From an uncultured Candidatus Saccharibacteria bacterium (GTDB taxonomy: Bacteria > Patescibacteriota > Minisyncoccia > Phycocordibacterales > DSPV01), in contig CAZTXT010000001.1 in the NCBI GenBank assembly GCA_964617735.1, positions 78,260 through 136,337 on the forward strand: 58,078 nucleotides of DNA, given 5' to 3'. The translations under genes were made by a program, and so were the position numbers. Below the pieces are notes generated by a model. The model made no database searches. It was not told the origin of the DNA and saw nothing but the letters and a program-made list of their open reading frames with translations. The number at the start of each line of letters is the position of its first letter. The first letter of the stretch is position 1. Shown here piece after piece: positions 31,191 to 41,242 of the stretch.

Positions 31191-31931
31191 TTAGAGTGTA
31201 ACTGCCTCGCGAGAACGCAAGCCCGAATCCCGATCGTTGGCATAGCCCCAGCTGACGTTGAGCTCGCGGTCGTTCCAGTTCACGTTAGGCACGTTGCCGT
31301 CGGAGAACCGAGAACCCGAACAGAGTGTCCAGTTCTTGAGGTCAAGATGCTTCTTCGTTTCCGAGAAGTACTTAAGCTCGTAGAGGAGACGTTCGGTCAA
31401 GGTGATGCCCTTGATGTTCTCATTTTTGAGATCATCCGCCGATTTACTTTTGAGTTCTTCGTCGGCTTCCACTCGGTCGCGAATCCAGATGGCGTAGCTG
31501 CCGTTTGTAGCAGTGCGGTCGTTCGTGGGGACGGCTTCGTCCAGACTCTTCTCCGTGTATTTCCAGGTCTTTCCGTTGAAGCGTTTGGTGCAGAGGTCGA
31601 AGGCTCGTTGGGCTGTCATACCCTTGGGTACCACGATGAGGCGGTCGAAGCCTTCCCGACGGGCGGGGATTTTTACCTCCTCGGGATTGAGAGTGATGCC
31701 GAACTCTTGGTAGAGGGTGAACCACTCGTAGAGTTGGTCTTGTACTGTCTTAATAGAGAGCGCTGTCGGCTGTGGTGGAGGACGCACAAGGCTTTGCGCG
31801 ATCTCGCCCACACGGCCGGTCTCGATAATCTCCTGCACATACTCCCGCGGCGCATCTTCAATTCCCACAAGGGCTTTGAGAAGCGAGGTCCCTAACTCGA
31901 CCATCTGGTCTTTACTGGCATACGTAGTCAT
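31191..31931 (-). CDS. DGR target protein (CLec/FGE-like C-terminal domain)
   Basis: AAAGGA SD; C-terminus SGSRFSDGNVPNVNW...LRSREAV carries the VR. Confidence 0.85.
   Translation of the reverse strand: MTTYASKDQMVELGTSLLKALVGIEDAPREYVQEIIETGRVGEIAQSLVRPPPQPTALSIKTVQDQLYEWFTLYQEFGITLNPEEVKIPARREGFDRLIVVPKGMTAQRAFDLCTKRFNGKTWKYTEKSLDEAVPTNDRTATNGSYAIWIRDRVEADEELKSKSADDLKNENIKGITLTERLLYELKYFSETKKHLDLKNWTLCSGSRFSDGNVPNVNWNDRELNVSWGYANDRDSGLRSREAVTL
31221..31316 (-). repeat. DGR variable repeat (VR)
   Basis: AAC>TTC, AAT>GAT, AAT>GAT and AAC>GGC relative to TR. Confidence 0.9.
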
Positions 31932-32064
31932 ACGCATTCCTTTCTTTTTAATGTTCATCGGCGCATACCACTTCCTCACAACATGCGAGGTTTATACGGC
32001 ATTCGCTCGACATCCGAAAATAAATTACTATGTGTAGGCTATATTGTCAAGTATACGGCTCTAC

Positions 32065-34470
32065 TCAATTGATTTTCTCCATTTCCTCCCAATTGTCCCC
32101 TTCCCATGCTTCGGTAGTGCAGATGACGCCTCTGGTTTCTTTGGGGTCTATCGCAGACTCCATTATTTTTTTGATTTCAGGCGCGACTTTTTTGACGAGC
32201 TTTTCATCTATCTCAAACACTAATTCGTCGTGGACTTGGAGGAGCATTCGAACCTTATCTCCCCAACCCTGCTTTTCGGTTTCCTTATCAAAATTCACCA
32301 TCGCGAGCTTGATGATGTCTGCCTCTGTGCCCTGAATCGGCGCGTTGATAGCCATGCGCTCGGCTTGCGCGCGCACATACGGCAATTTTGATTTGAGCCC
32401 TTCGAAATATCGCTGACGGCCGAAGTAGGTCTCCGTATATCCTTTTTTATGCGCTTCTTTTTTGATTTCATCCAGATATTTCGCGAGCGTAGAGAAGCGC
32501 TCAAAGTATGCGTCATAGAATTTCTGCGCCTCTGCACGGTCAGTGCCGAGCGCTTGCTTGAGGCTGTTGACCCCCATCCCGTAGAGGATGCCGAAGTTGA
32601 TAACTTTCGCTTTCCGCCGCATATCATGATGCACTTTATCCCCTGGCACACCGAAGACTTCCGCTGCGACGGCTGTATGCACATCAATCCCCTCTTTGAA
32701 AATCTCGATAAGCTTCTGGTCGCCCGAGAGAAACGCCACGATACGAAGCTCTATCTGTGAGTAATCGAACGAAACAATTTTAAATCCTTTCTCGGCGACG
32801 AACGCCTTGCGAATCTCGCGCCCCTCGTCGCTTTTTATGGGAATATTCTGGAGGCCCGGATCTTTGGTCGCCATGCGACCCGTCGCCGCACCGATCTGGA
32901 TAAAGTGTGTATGCAAGCGGCCGTCCGGTGCCATCAAGGTCGGAATGTTGTCGATGTAGGTCGAGAGGAGTTTTTGGAACTGGCGGTAGTTGAGGATTGA
33001 GTCAATGATCGGATGCAGTTCTTTGAGTTTGACCAGCTCCGACTCGCGCGTGGATAAGGCACCCGTGCCGGTGCGCTTCTGATACTTCGCTTTGAGCTCA
33101 AGTTTCGTAAAGAGGATTTCGCCGAGTTGTTTGGGAGAGTTGATATTGAACTCCTCACCAGCGTGTCGCCATACTTCTTTCTCGAAGGTAGAAAGTTTCT
33201 TATGGTAGTCTTTTGAAAGTTTCTTGAGATAATCAACATCAATCTTCACGCCCAGCTTCTCCATCTTCTCAAGGACTGGAATTAAGGGCTTCTCTATCTC
33301 CTTAAATACCCGGTCGAGCTTCTGTTTTTTGAGCTCTGCAAAAATAGCCTGTTTCGCCTCCGCGAGTGAATTGGACTTCCCTACGCGAAGCGCATCTTCG
33401 ATGGTCGGGTCGGCAATATTGGAATTGAGAAGCGAGACCGCGACAAAAAGCTCTTTTTGCTCACGCGGCTCAAGTGTTTCGGCGACCGGCAACGGCTCCT
33501 GTTTTCCTGCGCTTTGAACCGGCATATCTATCTTCTCGCCCCGAATCTTCTCAAGTACCTCCTTCGCGCGCGAACCGAGCATCCTGAACTCGAGTTCATT
33601 GAACAGCGCGAGTATTTTTGATAATTCCACTGTTTCCACCCAACGCTTTGATGGAATAGAAAAATCTATAGGTGCATCACGCCGGATCGTCGCGAGCTCT
33701 TTTGAGAAGAGCGCTTCTTCTTCGTGCTCTTCCAAGAGTTTTACGATCCGCTCTTTAATGCCCGCTTTTTCATACGCCTTTTTATCACGCTTCAGCTTTT
33801 TATACATCTCCTCGATCGTGCCGAAGTTTGTGATGAGCGTCGTCGCGGTCTTCTCGCCGATGCCCGGCACCCCCGAGATATTGTCGGATGCATCACCCGA
33901 GAGACCTTTATAGTCAGGGATGAGCTCGGGGCCGAAACCGAAGCGCTCTTTCACTTTATCTTCGTCATAAGTGACGGTGTCGGTGATCCCTTTTCGGAGC
34001 GTGAACACTTGAACTTTTTTATCATCTACCAGCTGCAGTGTATCCATATCGCCCGATGCGATGACGATGGAAATTGTTTTGTCTTTTTTTAACTTCTCCA
34101 CCACCGTGCCTAAAATATCGTCCGCCTCGAACCCCGGGCAATCGTAAATCGGGATATTGAATGCTTTGAATACGTCGCGCGAGCGCTTGAGCTGGGCGAC
34201 AAGGTCTTCATCGGCCTTCATGCGTGTGCCCTTATACTGTTCGAATGCCTGATGTCTGAATGTCGGTCCGGGAAGGTCGTATGCGGCCACTAAAAAATCG
34301 GGCTTAAGATCATGGATGAGTTTGAGAAGCATTGAGGAGAGCCCGTAGATACCGCCCGTCGGCTCCCCTTTAGAGGATATGAAATCCGGCAGAGCATGAT
34401 ACGCACGATGAATGATCGCGTGGGAATCGAGCAGCACGAGCTTCTTCGTTTTTCCATCGGCTTTTGCCAC
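32065..34470 (-). CDS. polA: DNA polymerase I (5'-3' exonuclease plus polymerase)
   Basis: LLDSHAIIHRAYHA, EADDILGT, DYSQIELR, KVINFGILYGMG, QVHDEL. Confidence 0.97.
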   Translation of the reverse strand: MAKADGKTKKLVLLDSHAIIHRAYHALPDFISSKGEPTGGIYGLSSMLLKLIHDLKPDFLVAAYDLPGPTFRHQAFEQYKGTRMKADEDLVAQLKRSRDVFKAFNIPIYDCPGFEADDILGTVVEKLKKDKTISIVIASGDMDTLQLVDDKKVQVFTLRKGITDTVTYDEDKVKERFGFGPELIPDYKGLSGDASDNISGVPGIGEKTATTLITNFGTIEEMYKKLKRDKKAYEKAGIKERIVKLLEEHEEEALFSKELATIRRDAPIDFSIPSKRWVETVELSKILALFNELEFRMLGSRAKEVLEKIRGEKIDMPVQSAGKQEPLPVAETLEPREQKELFVAVSLLNSNIADPTIEDALRVGKSNSLAEAKQAIFAELKKQKLDRVFKEIEKPLIPVLEKMEKLGVKIDVDYLKKLSKDYHKKLSTFEKEVWRHAGEEFNINSPKQLGEILFTKLELKAKYQKRTGTGALSTRESELVKLKELHPIIDSILNYRQFQKLLSTYIDNIPTLMAPDGRLHTHFIQIGAATGRMATKDPGLQNIPIKSDEGREIRKAFVAEKGFKIVSFDYSQIELRIVAFLSGDQKLIEIFKEGIDVHTAVAAEVFGVPGDKVHHDMRRKAKVINFGILYGMGVNSLKQALGTDRAEAQKFYDAYFERFSTLAKYLDEIKKEAHKKGYTETYFGRQRYFEGLKSKLPYVRAQAERMAINAPIQGTEADIIKLAMVNFDKETEKQGWGDKVRMLLQVHDELVFEIDEKLVKKVAPEIKKIMESAIDPKETRGVICTTEAWEGDNWEEMEKIN

Positions 34471-34510
34471 AATTCCATTCTAACATTTCATCAAAAGAAA
34501 ACGCTGAACA

Positions 34511-34969
34511 TCATTCAAAATCTATCTCGCGTGTGCGATCATCGATGAATTTGAAACGGACACGAAGCGCCTCCGGCGGCAAAAGCCGTTCTACCTTATC
34601 AGCCCACTCGACGGCAATGAGATTCGTCGGCTCGGCAAGAATATCGCGCCAACCGAGATTCGCGAGCTCTGCATCGGACTCAAGACGATAGCAGTCAATA
34701 TGGAAAAAGAGTTTGTACATAGAACCGTGGGCATTGGGCGGCCGCTGCTTGTTTTGAATTTTATACGTTTTCATGATGACGAACGTGGGGCTCGTCACCA
34801 CTTCCGAGATACCCAATACACCAGCAAGCTCCTGCACGAAGGTTGTCTTACCTGAACCTAAATCTCCATAGAGCGCGAGCACACCCGCATGTTTCGAAGG
34901 TAGTAGTTGGGTCAGAGCCGATGCCGCGAGTGCCGTAGTTTCTGGTAACGAGGCAGATAGATGTCGCAT
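34511..34969 (-). CDS. tsaE: tRNA threonylcarbamoyladenosine biosynthesis ATPase
   Basis: GDLGSGKTTF, VTSPTFVI, HIDCYRL, VEWA. Confidence 0.95.
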   Translation of the reverse strand: MRHLSASLPETTALAASALTQLLPSKHAGVLALYGDLGSGKTTFVQELAGVLGISEVVTSPTFVIMKTYKIQNKQRPPNAHGSMYKLFFHIDCYRLESDAELANLGWRDILAEPTNLIAVEWADKVERLLPPEALRVRFKFIDDRTREIDFE

Positions 34970-35016
34970 GTCGGCATTGTAGCACAGCTACCTAACCGCG
35001 GCGTTAATGACCTCCT

Positions 35017-35035
35017 CCCCGGGCAAAGCCCGGGG
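35017..35035. terminator. GC-rich hairpin (terminator or REP-like)
   Basis: CCCCGGGC-AAA-GCCCGGGG. Confidence 0.5.
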
Positions 35036-35096
35036 TTTCCTGGTATAGAAAAAAGACGCACCGGTTACGGTGCGTCTGATGCCTGTAAAGGCTTGG

Positions 35097-35759
35097 CTAG
35101 TAGCGCGGATTGCCAGAGTAGCCGAGACGGTACGTGGCTCCGTAGGAAGAGTGCATGATCTGCTCTTCGTAGCGAGCCTGCTTGGCTCGCTCGGCAAGGA
35201 TGGCGGTCCGCAGTCTCTCTGCCCCCAACTCGCTTTCTGGCGAATGAGCGGATGGAACGGAAGGGTCAGCGGCATATGCTTGAACCCTCTGCCTGGGAGA
35301 CCTCCTGACTGGTGGAGTGTGCGGTGCTTCCGATGGAGTATCGGAGAGTAACGAGCGCTCTACAAAATTTGTCACCGTCACCGTAACGAAGTTGGTGACC
35401 GTGATCGTGTTCGTCACAAAGTAGTGGCGAACACGGGGAGGTGGGCTCTCGACAGATGGCGCCGACGGGGCCGGTGTTGTGTAGATGATGTTGTTGATCA
35501 CCAGTGGTGGCATCAACCGCGGCGCCTCGACGGCGCTCACCGTCTGTGTTGACTGAACCGGATGATTGGGCTGATTGGTTGAGGCCAAGGTACCTTCCGG
35601 AGAGTTCGATCGAGGTTGCGCCTCGGTCGCAACCCGCTGCTCATTCGTCGGTGGCGGCCCGGCGGGGTGTGTTGAGGTTTGTGTAGATGTCTTAGCCTGT
35701 TGTTTGCAAGCCGAGAGCGCTACCAGTGCGACAATAACAATAAGAAGAACTGACTTCAT
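35097..35759 (-). CDS. Putative lipoprotein, Pro/Thr-rich, with VTN repeats
   Basis: Lipobox-like LSAC; VTNTITVTNFVTVTVTNFV; GAAAGGA SD and TTGACT-N17-TACAAT promoter (35807-35835). Confidence 0.65.
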   Translation of the reverse strand: MKSVLLIVIVALVALSACKQQAKTSTQTSTHPAGPPPTNEQRVATEAQPRSNSPEGTLASTNQPNHPVQSTQTVSAVEAPRLMPPLVINNIIYTTPAPSAPSVESPPPRVRHYFVTNTITVTNFVTVTVTNFVERSLLSDTPSEAPHTPPVRRSPRQRVQAYAADPSVPSAHSPESELGAERLRTAILAERAKQARYEEQIMHSSYGATYRLGYSGNPRY

Positions 35760-35894
35760 GTCTTTCCTTTCTGTTTTGATTGTTTTTACCGAAACTTCTA
35801 GGCACGATTGTATAACATATATTATAGAAAGTCAATGGTCTGGCTTCGCATAATTTCCTTTGTATAGAGCCATAAAAAAGGCTACTATGTCTGC

Positions 35895-37577
35895 ATGATC
35901 CAATTCGAGGAAGAAAAACAGAACCTCAAACTCGAAGAATTACGCAATAAAGAAGAAGAGGAATTCGTGTCCGCGGCCGCGGCGAATCGCGGACTTAAGT
36001 ATTTCAACCTCATGCAGGTCTCTATCGACCCCGACGCCCTTGAGGTGATCCCCGAAGCGGCCGCGCGCGCAGCACAGGCGGTTTGTTTTGATGCGGTGGA
36101 TAAGCAGATAAATGTTGGGGTGCTCAATCCCGATGACAAGAAAACAGAGGCGCTTCTCAAAGAACTTGCGACTAAGGGTTTTATCGTGACTGTTTTTTTG
36201 GTATCGGCGCGCAGCCTTGCCCATGCGTTCGAAAAATATAAAGAAATAGTACACACAACCAGTGAAAAAGCCGGGACCTTTGATATCTCAGGCGAAGAGA
36301 TCACGTCCTTGCTCGAACAGGTCACTTCCATCGAAGCCATCAAGAACCATGTTACCGAAGTCCTCACCCAGAAACAGCATGCGCAGACCACGAAGATCGT
36401 CGAAGTGATCCTTGCGGGAGCGCTCGCGACGAATACGTCCGATATACACCTTGAGCCCGAGCAGGAAGAAGTGCGCCTGCGCTACCGCCTCGACGGGGTG
36501 CTTAACGACATCCTGCGCATTAATTTCGATACCTACCACTACATCCTCTCGCGTATCAAACTCATTTCGGGCCTGAAGCTCAACGTTAAAACCGAAGCGC
36601 AAGACGGCCGTTTCAGCATCCACGCGAAAAATTCCGACATCGAAGTGCGCACCTCTATACTCCCGGGGGCGTACGGGGAGTCTATCGTGCTCCGCATCCT
36701 CAACCCTAATGCGATAGCGGTGTCCATGGATGAGCTTGGTCTTGAGCCGCACTTACGAGAGCTCCTGGATCGTGAGATCGCCCGACCCAACGGCATGATA
36801 CTGACTACCGGACCGACCGGGTCAGGAAAGACGACAACGCTCTATGCGTTCTTGAAAAAAGTGCACACGCCCGAAATAAAGATCATCACGATCGAAGACC
36901 CGGTTGAATACCATCTGCCGGGTATCGTCCAAACGCAGGTCAATGCTGAAAAAGGCTACACGTTCAACTCGGGCTTGCGCGCGGCCCTGCGCCAGGATCC
37001 GGACGTCATTATGGTCGGCGAGATCCGCGACGGTGAAACCGCGGAAATTGCGGTCAACGCCGCAGTGACCGGACATTTGGTGTTCTCCACTCTGCATACC
37101 AACACCGCGGCAGGCACGTTCCCGCGTCTCTTATCGCTCGGCGTCAATCCGAAAGTCATCAGCTCAAGCCTCTCTGTGAGCATCGCCCAACGCCTCGCAC
37201 GAAAACTCTGCGAGCACTGTAAGAAAGAAGTGACGCCTGACAGTAAAACAAAGACGCTTATAGACCGAATAATGGATGCAGTGCCGATAGCGGAATACAA
37301 AACACTCCCAAGAAAATCAATATGGGTCTCCGGTGGTTGTGACAAATGCAATATGACCGGCTACAAGGGTCGCATCGGCATTTTCGAGGCTATTTTGATT
37401 AATAAAAAGATAGAGCAAGCGGTTCTTGAAAACCCTAGTGAGCGCGATATCCAAGAGGCGGCAAGAGATCAGGGACTGTTAACCTTAGAGCAAGACGGCA
37501 TCATCAAAGTGCTGCGCGGCATCACCTCGCTCGACGAGTTGAGGCGCGTTATCGACCTTACAGAAGACACGTCTTAG
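35895..37577 (+). CDS. pilB: Type IV pilus / T2SS assembly ATPase (PilB/GspE)
   Basis: SDIHLEP, QDGRF, TGPTGSGKTTTLY, IEDPVEY, LRQDPD, tetra-Cys motif. Confidence 0.9.
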   Translation: MIQFEEEKQNLKLEELRNKEEEEFVSAAAANRGLKYFNLMQVSIDPDALEVIPEAAARAAQAVCFDAVDKQINVGVLNPDDKKTEALLKELATKGFIVTVFLVSARSLAHAFEKYKEIVHTTSEKAGTFDISGEEITSLLEQVTSIEAIKNHVTEVLTQKQHAQTTKIVEVILAGALATNTSDIHLEPEQEEVRLRYRLDGVLNDILRINFDTYHYILSRIKLISGLKLNVKTEAQDGRFSIHAKNSDIEVRTSILPGAYGESIVLRILNPNAIAVSMDELGLEPHLRELLDREIARPNGMILTTGPTGSGKTTTLYAFLKKVHTPEIKIITIEDPVEYHLPGIVQTQVNAEKGYTFNSGLRAALRQDPDVIMVGEIRDGETAEIAVNAAVTGHLVFSTLHTNTAAGTFPRLLSLGVNPKVISSSLSVSIAQRLARKLCEHCKKEVTPDSKTKTLIDRIMDAVPIAEYKTLPRKSIWVSGGCDKCNMTGYKGRIGIFEAILINKKIEQAVLENPSERDIQEAARDQGLLTLEQDGIIKVLRGITSLDELRRVIDLTEDTS

Positions 37578-37960
37578 AAGATCTTTCACAAAAAATCTTT
37601 GGTGTTGTGTAGTGAACGCAGTCGAATGTCCCATTGACTGTAAAAAGAAGGTAATGAGCAGTGAAAACCACTATTGCCTTCTGGTTCGGCAGGCTTATAG
37701 TCAAACTAGAACGAATGCGCGTTCCAAAATATGAATCTCTAAGCAATGCTTTCAACAACGAGGTATTAAAAGTGAGATTAATCGTCTAAGGATTCCGCCA
37801 GTACAGCACGAAGCTGACCAGCGAGTCCTCGATGAAGAATCAAAAAGGTGAAACACCCTATTGCTTAGAGATTCATGCTCTGGAAAGGGCTTTGCGGCAG
37901 AAGCAAAATATCATAACCTTGATTTCAACAACGTAAGGAATCTAGCATATATAGCAAAAA

Positions 37961-38971
37961 ATGTCAAGAACTCCCCCAAATAAACCCGCTGCTGAAAAAG
38001 AAGAGTTGTTCCTCGACCACGCGCTCCGACCAGCTCGCTGGGATGACTATATCGGGCAAGAGAACATCAAAGAAAACTTGAAGATCCTCCTTTCGGCTGC
38101 GCGCGAGCGCAAACATCCACCCGAACATATTCTTTTCTATGGCCCGCCCGGCTTGGGCAAAACCACGCTGGCCTACCTGGTCGCGGGAGAGACAGGAAAC
38201 CAGATCAAAGTAACGTCAGGACCAGCGATAGAGAAAGTTGGCGACCTTGCGTCGGTACTGACCAACCTTTCCCCTGGGGATGTACTCTTTATAGACGAGA
38301 TACACCGTTTGAATAAGACGATCGAGGAAGTTCTCTACCCCGCGATGGAGTCAGGGTCACTGAACATCATCCTCGGTAAAGGACCGTCGGCGCGCACGAT
38401 CCAACTTGAACTACCTCCATTCACCCTCATCGCCGCGACAACGCGCATCGCGCTGGTTTCCGCCCCGCTTCGCTCGCGTTTTTCCGGCGGCGTGTTCCGT
38501 TTGGATTTTTACACCGATAGAGAGATCGAGGAGATCGTGCGACGTTCGGCGAAGATCCTCGGGATCAAAACGAATCGGGAAGCAGTCTCCGAGATCGCTA
38601 AGCGAAGCCGTGCGACTCCGCGCACCGCCAATTATTTGCTGAAACGATGCCGCGACTTCGCGCAGGTTAAGCGCAAAGAACTGACCAAAGAGCTCGTGCA
38701 CGACGCGCTTGAACTTTTAGGGATAGACCCGATAGGGCTCTCTGCTTCGGACCGGAAGATCCTTGAGACTCTGATAGAGAAATTCGGCGGCGGGCCAGTA
38801 GGATTAGGGACGCTTGCGGCCGCGCTCTCGGAGGATGAAGCGACGCTCGAAGAGTACAACGAGCCGTACCTGATGCAGATCGGCTTTCTGGAGCGCACGC
38901 CGCGCGGCCGTACCGCGACCCGTCATGCGTATGAGCATATCGGTACAAAAAATCTGAATTCCCTGCTATAA
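37961..38971 (+). CDS. ruvB: Holliday junction branch migration helicase RuvB
   Basis: LRP, GPPGLGKTTLA, FIDEIHRL, ATTR, ERTPRGR. Confidence 0.97.
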   Translation: MSRTPPNKPAAEKEELFLDHALRPARWDDYIGQENIKENLKILLSAARERKHPPEHILFYGPPGLGKTTLAYLVAGETGNQIKVTSGPAIEKVGDLASVLTNLSPGDVLFIDEIHRLNKTIEEVLYPAMESGSLNIILGKGPSARTIQLELPPFTLIAATTRIALVSAPLRSRFSGGVFRLDFYTDREIEEIVRRSAKILGIKTNREAVSEIAKRSRATPRTANYLLKRCRDFAQVKRKELTKELVHDALELLGIDPIGLSASDRKILETLIEKFGGGPVGLGTLAAALSEDEATLEEYNEPYLMQIGFLERTPRGRTATRHAYEHIGTKNLNSLL

Positions 38972-38978
38972 CATATCC

Positions 38979-39509
38979 ATGTCCGGACATAATAAATGGT
39001 CACAAATAAAACATCAGAAGGAAAAGTCTGACGCCAAGAAAAGCCAGACCTTCGGGAAATTCGCCAAACTCATCACCGACGAAGCACGAAAAGCTAAAGG
39101 CAACAAAGAATCACCGGGCCTCAAGAGCGCTATCGAGCGCGCTCGGGCAGTGAACATGCCCTCCGACAACATTGAACGGGCGATATCTAAAGCGACCGGT
39201 GCTGGAGCACAGGCGCTTGAACAGGCAACGTACGAAGCTTATGGACCGGGTGGTGTAGCGCTCGTCATCGAGACGCTCACTGACAATAAAAATCGCACGG
39301 CGCAGGAGATAAAACACATTCTTGCTGAAAATGGCGCGACCCTCGCCGGGCAAGGCGCCGCTATTTGGGCGTTTCAAAAGACTAGCGAAGGCCTTGTCGC
39401 ACAAACGACGGTACCACTCGAAGACGGGGACGTAGCGATACTTGAAAAGCTTGTGGATTCGCTTGAAGCGCACGATGATGTCCAGGCGGTCTTCACAAAC
39501 GCAGAATGA
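38979..39509 (+). CDS. yebC: YebC/PmpR family protein (short form)
   Basis: MSGHNKWSQIKH, YEAYGPGG, TDNKNRT, DDVQAVFTN. Confidence 0.93.
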   Translation: MSGHNKWSQIKHQKEKSDAKKSQTFGKFAKLITDEARKAKGNKESPGLKSAIERARAVNMPSDNIERAISKATGAGAQALEQATYEAYGPGGVALVIETLTDNKNRTAQEIKHILAENGATLAGQGAAIWAFQKTSEGLVAQTTVPLEDGDVAILEKLVDSLEAHDDVQAVFTNAE

Positions 39510-39510
39510 T

Positions 39511-39987
39511 ATGCGGGTAATCTCTGTCGATCCTGGTTATGGGCGTATCGGCATCGCCATACTCGAGAAAGAAAAGGGGAAGGAGAAGCTTGTTTTCTCA
39601 GAATGTTTTGAAACTGATGCGAAAGAGGCACAGGCTATGCGTTTAGCGCAGATAAAAACGCGCCTCGGCGAGTTGATAGCAGAATTCAAACCCGAAGCCC
39701 TCGCTATTGAGACGCTTTTTTTCAGCAAGAACCAGAAAACGGCGATGGGGGTCGCCGAGGCGCGTGGCGTTATCACCTCTGAAGCGGCCGCACAGGACTT
39801 ACTAGTCTTTGAATATCGCCCATCGGAGGTGAAGATCGCCGTCACCGGCTATGGAAGCGCTGATAAGCGACAAGTAAAAGAGATGGTGAAAAAGATCCTC
39901 AAGGTTGAGAAAGAAATAAAACTCGATGACGAATATGATGCGATCGCAGTCGGTCTCACCCACCTTGCGATCTCTCGGGGAAACTAG
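39511..39987 (+). CDS. ruvC: Crossover junction endodeoxyribonuclease RuvC
   Basis: VDPGYG, AIETLFF, EARGV, DDEYDAIA. Confidence 0.95.
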   Translation: MRVISVDPGYGRIGIAILEKEKGKEKLVFSECFETDAKEAQAMRLAQIKTRLGELIAEFKPEALAIETLFFSKNQKTAMGVAEARGVITSEAAAQDLLVFEYRPSEVKIAVTGYGSADKRQVKEMVKKILKVEKEIKLDDEYDAIAVGLTHLAISRGN

Positions 39988-41180
39988 GAGTTGAGGCGAA
40001 TGCGAACGAAGCGGTGCTTGCCGATGCGCAAGTCCATATCAGTTGTTACCACTGCCTTCCGGTCTGCAACTTTTTGATTCGTCTTGAAATCAAATATGGC
40101 GCCGTCCGCGATGAGACGCGCGAACTCCGATCTTGAACCGGCGACATCAGCGATCACATCAGCAAGCGACGTGCCAGATAACACCTTCTTCTCGGGCGCA
40201 TCTGCGGGAAATGCCTTTTGAGAAAAGATCGATATGAAATTCTCCTGCGCTAAAGCAGCTTTCTTGTCACCGTGATAGAGAGAAACGATCTCCTTCGCCA
40301 GACGGAGTTTCGCATCGCGCGGATTAGGAGATTTTGATAGAGCTTCTATGTCTGACTCCGCAACATCTGTGCAAAGAAGGAGGTATTTGGAGACGAGCTC
40401 ATCTTTGACGGACATGATTTTGCCGAACATATCGTCGGGTTCATCGGTGATATTGATGACGTTCTCCCAACTCGTGGACATCTTTCGTCCATCCGTCCCC
40501 TCAAGCATCGCGGTAGTGAGGATATCTTGCTCGGGTTTTTGGTAGTGGCGCTGGACGATGCGACCGGCCTTGAGATTGAACAGCTGATCGAATCCACCGA
40601 TCTCGACATCAGCCTTGACGGCAACTGAATCGTACCCCTGCATCAGAGGGTAGAGGAATTCACGCAGGGAGACTTCATCGCCGCGCTCGAGCCGGGTTTT
40701 GAAATTGCGCCGAGCCGACATCTGAAGCACCGAGAAACTCTCGGAAAGCTCAGCGATCTCCGCGAATTTAAGTCTCGAAAGCCACCGGCTGTTGTAATGA
40801 AATTCGGCGCGGGAAAGATCGATGATCTTCCCAACCTGCGATCGGTAATGCTCGAGATTCTTCTCTATAGCCGCTTTAGTGAGCATCGGACGTTTTTCAA
40901 GCTTGTCCGAAGGATCGCCGATCATAGCGGTAAAATCACCGACAACGAACACCGCTTGGTGCCCAAGATCTTGGAATTCTCGTAATTTACGAAGAATGAT
41001 AGCGCGACCGATATGGATCTTCGGCCCTGTGGGGTCGAACCCGAGTTTTATCCGAAGCACTTTCCCACTCATAAGTTTCTTCTCGAGGCTCTCGCGCACC
41101 AAAACCTCCTCGACCGCGCGCGAAAGGAGCCGGCCGATCGCAGCTTTGTCAGTAGCAACGGTCTTTGAGCGTCCGAACAT
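39984..41180 (-). CDS. tyrS: Tyrosine--tRNA ligase
   Basis: GFDPTGPKIHIG, YPLMQGYD, GGFDQ, KMSTS, C-terminal S4-like domain. Confidence 0.96.
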   Translation of the reverse strand: MFGRSKTVATDKAAIGRLLSRAVEEVLVRESLEKKLMSGKVLRIKLGFDPTGPKIHIGRAIILRKLREFQDLGHQAVFVVGDFTAMIGDPSDKLEKRPMLTKAAIEKNLEHYRSQVGKIIDLSRAEFHYNSRWLSRLKFAEIAELSESFSVLQMSARRNFKTRLERGDEVSLREFLYPLMQGYDSVAVKADVEIGGFDQLFNLKAGRIVQRHYQKPEQDILTTAMLEGTDGRKMSTSWENVINITDEPDDMFGKIMSVKDELVSKYLLLCTDVAESDIEALSKSPNPRDAKLRLAKEIVSLYHGDKKAALAQENFISIFSQKAFPADAPEKKVLSGTSLADVIADVAGSRSEFARLIADGAIFDFKTNQKVADRKAVVTTDMDLRIGKHRFVRIRLNS

Positions 41181-41242
41181 TCACTTACTGTATCATAATT
41201 TCATTCACTCACCTAAAAATGGTATAGTCTTGTTCGTCTACC

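Noticed and set aside
30924-31895. 323-aa + strand ORF with an internal repeat
   Set aside because: Antisense shadow of the DGR target and TR; its repeat is just the TR/VR pair.
37578-37960. 380-bp intergenic gap between pilB and ruvB
   Set aside because: No convincing ORF, RNA structure or repeat recognised by eye.
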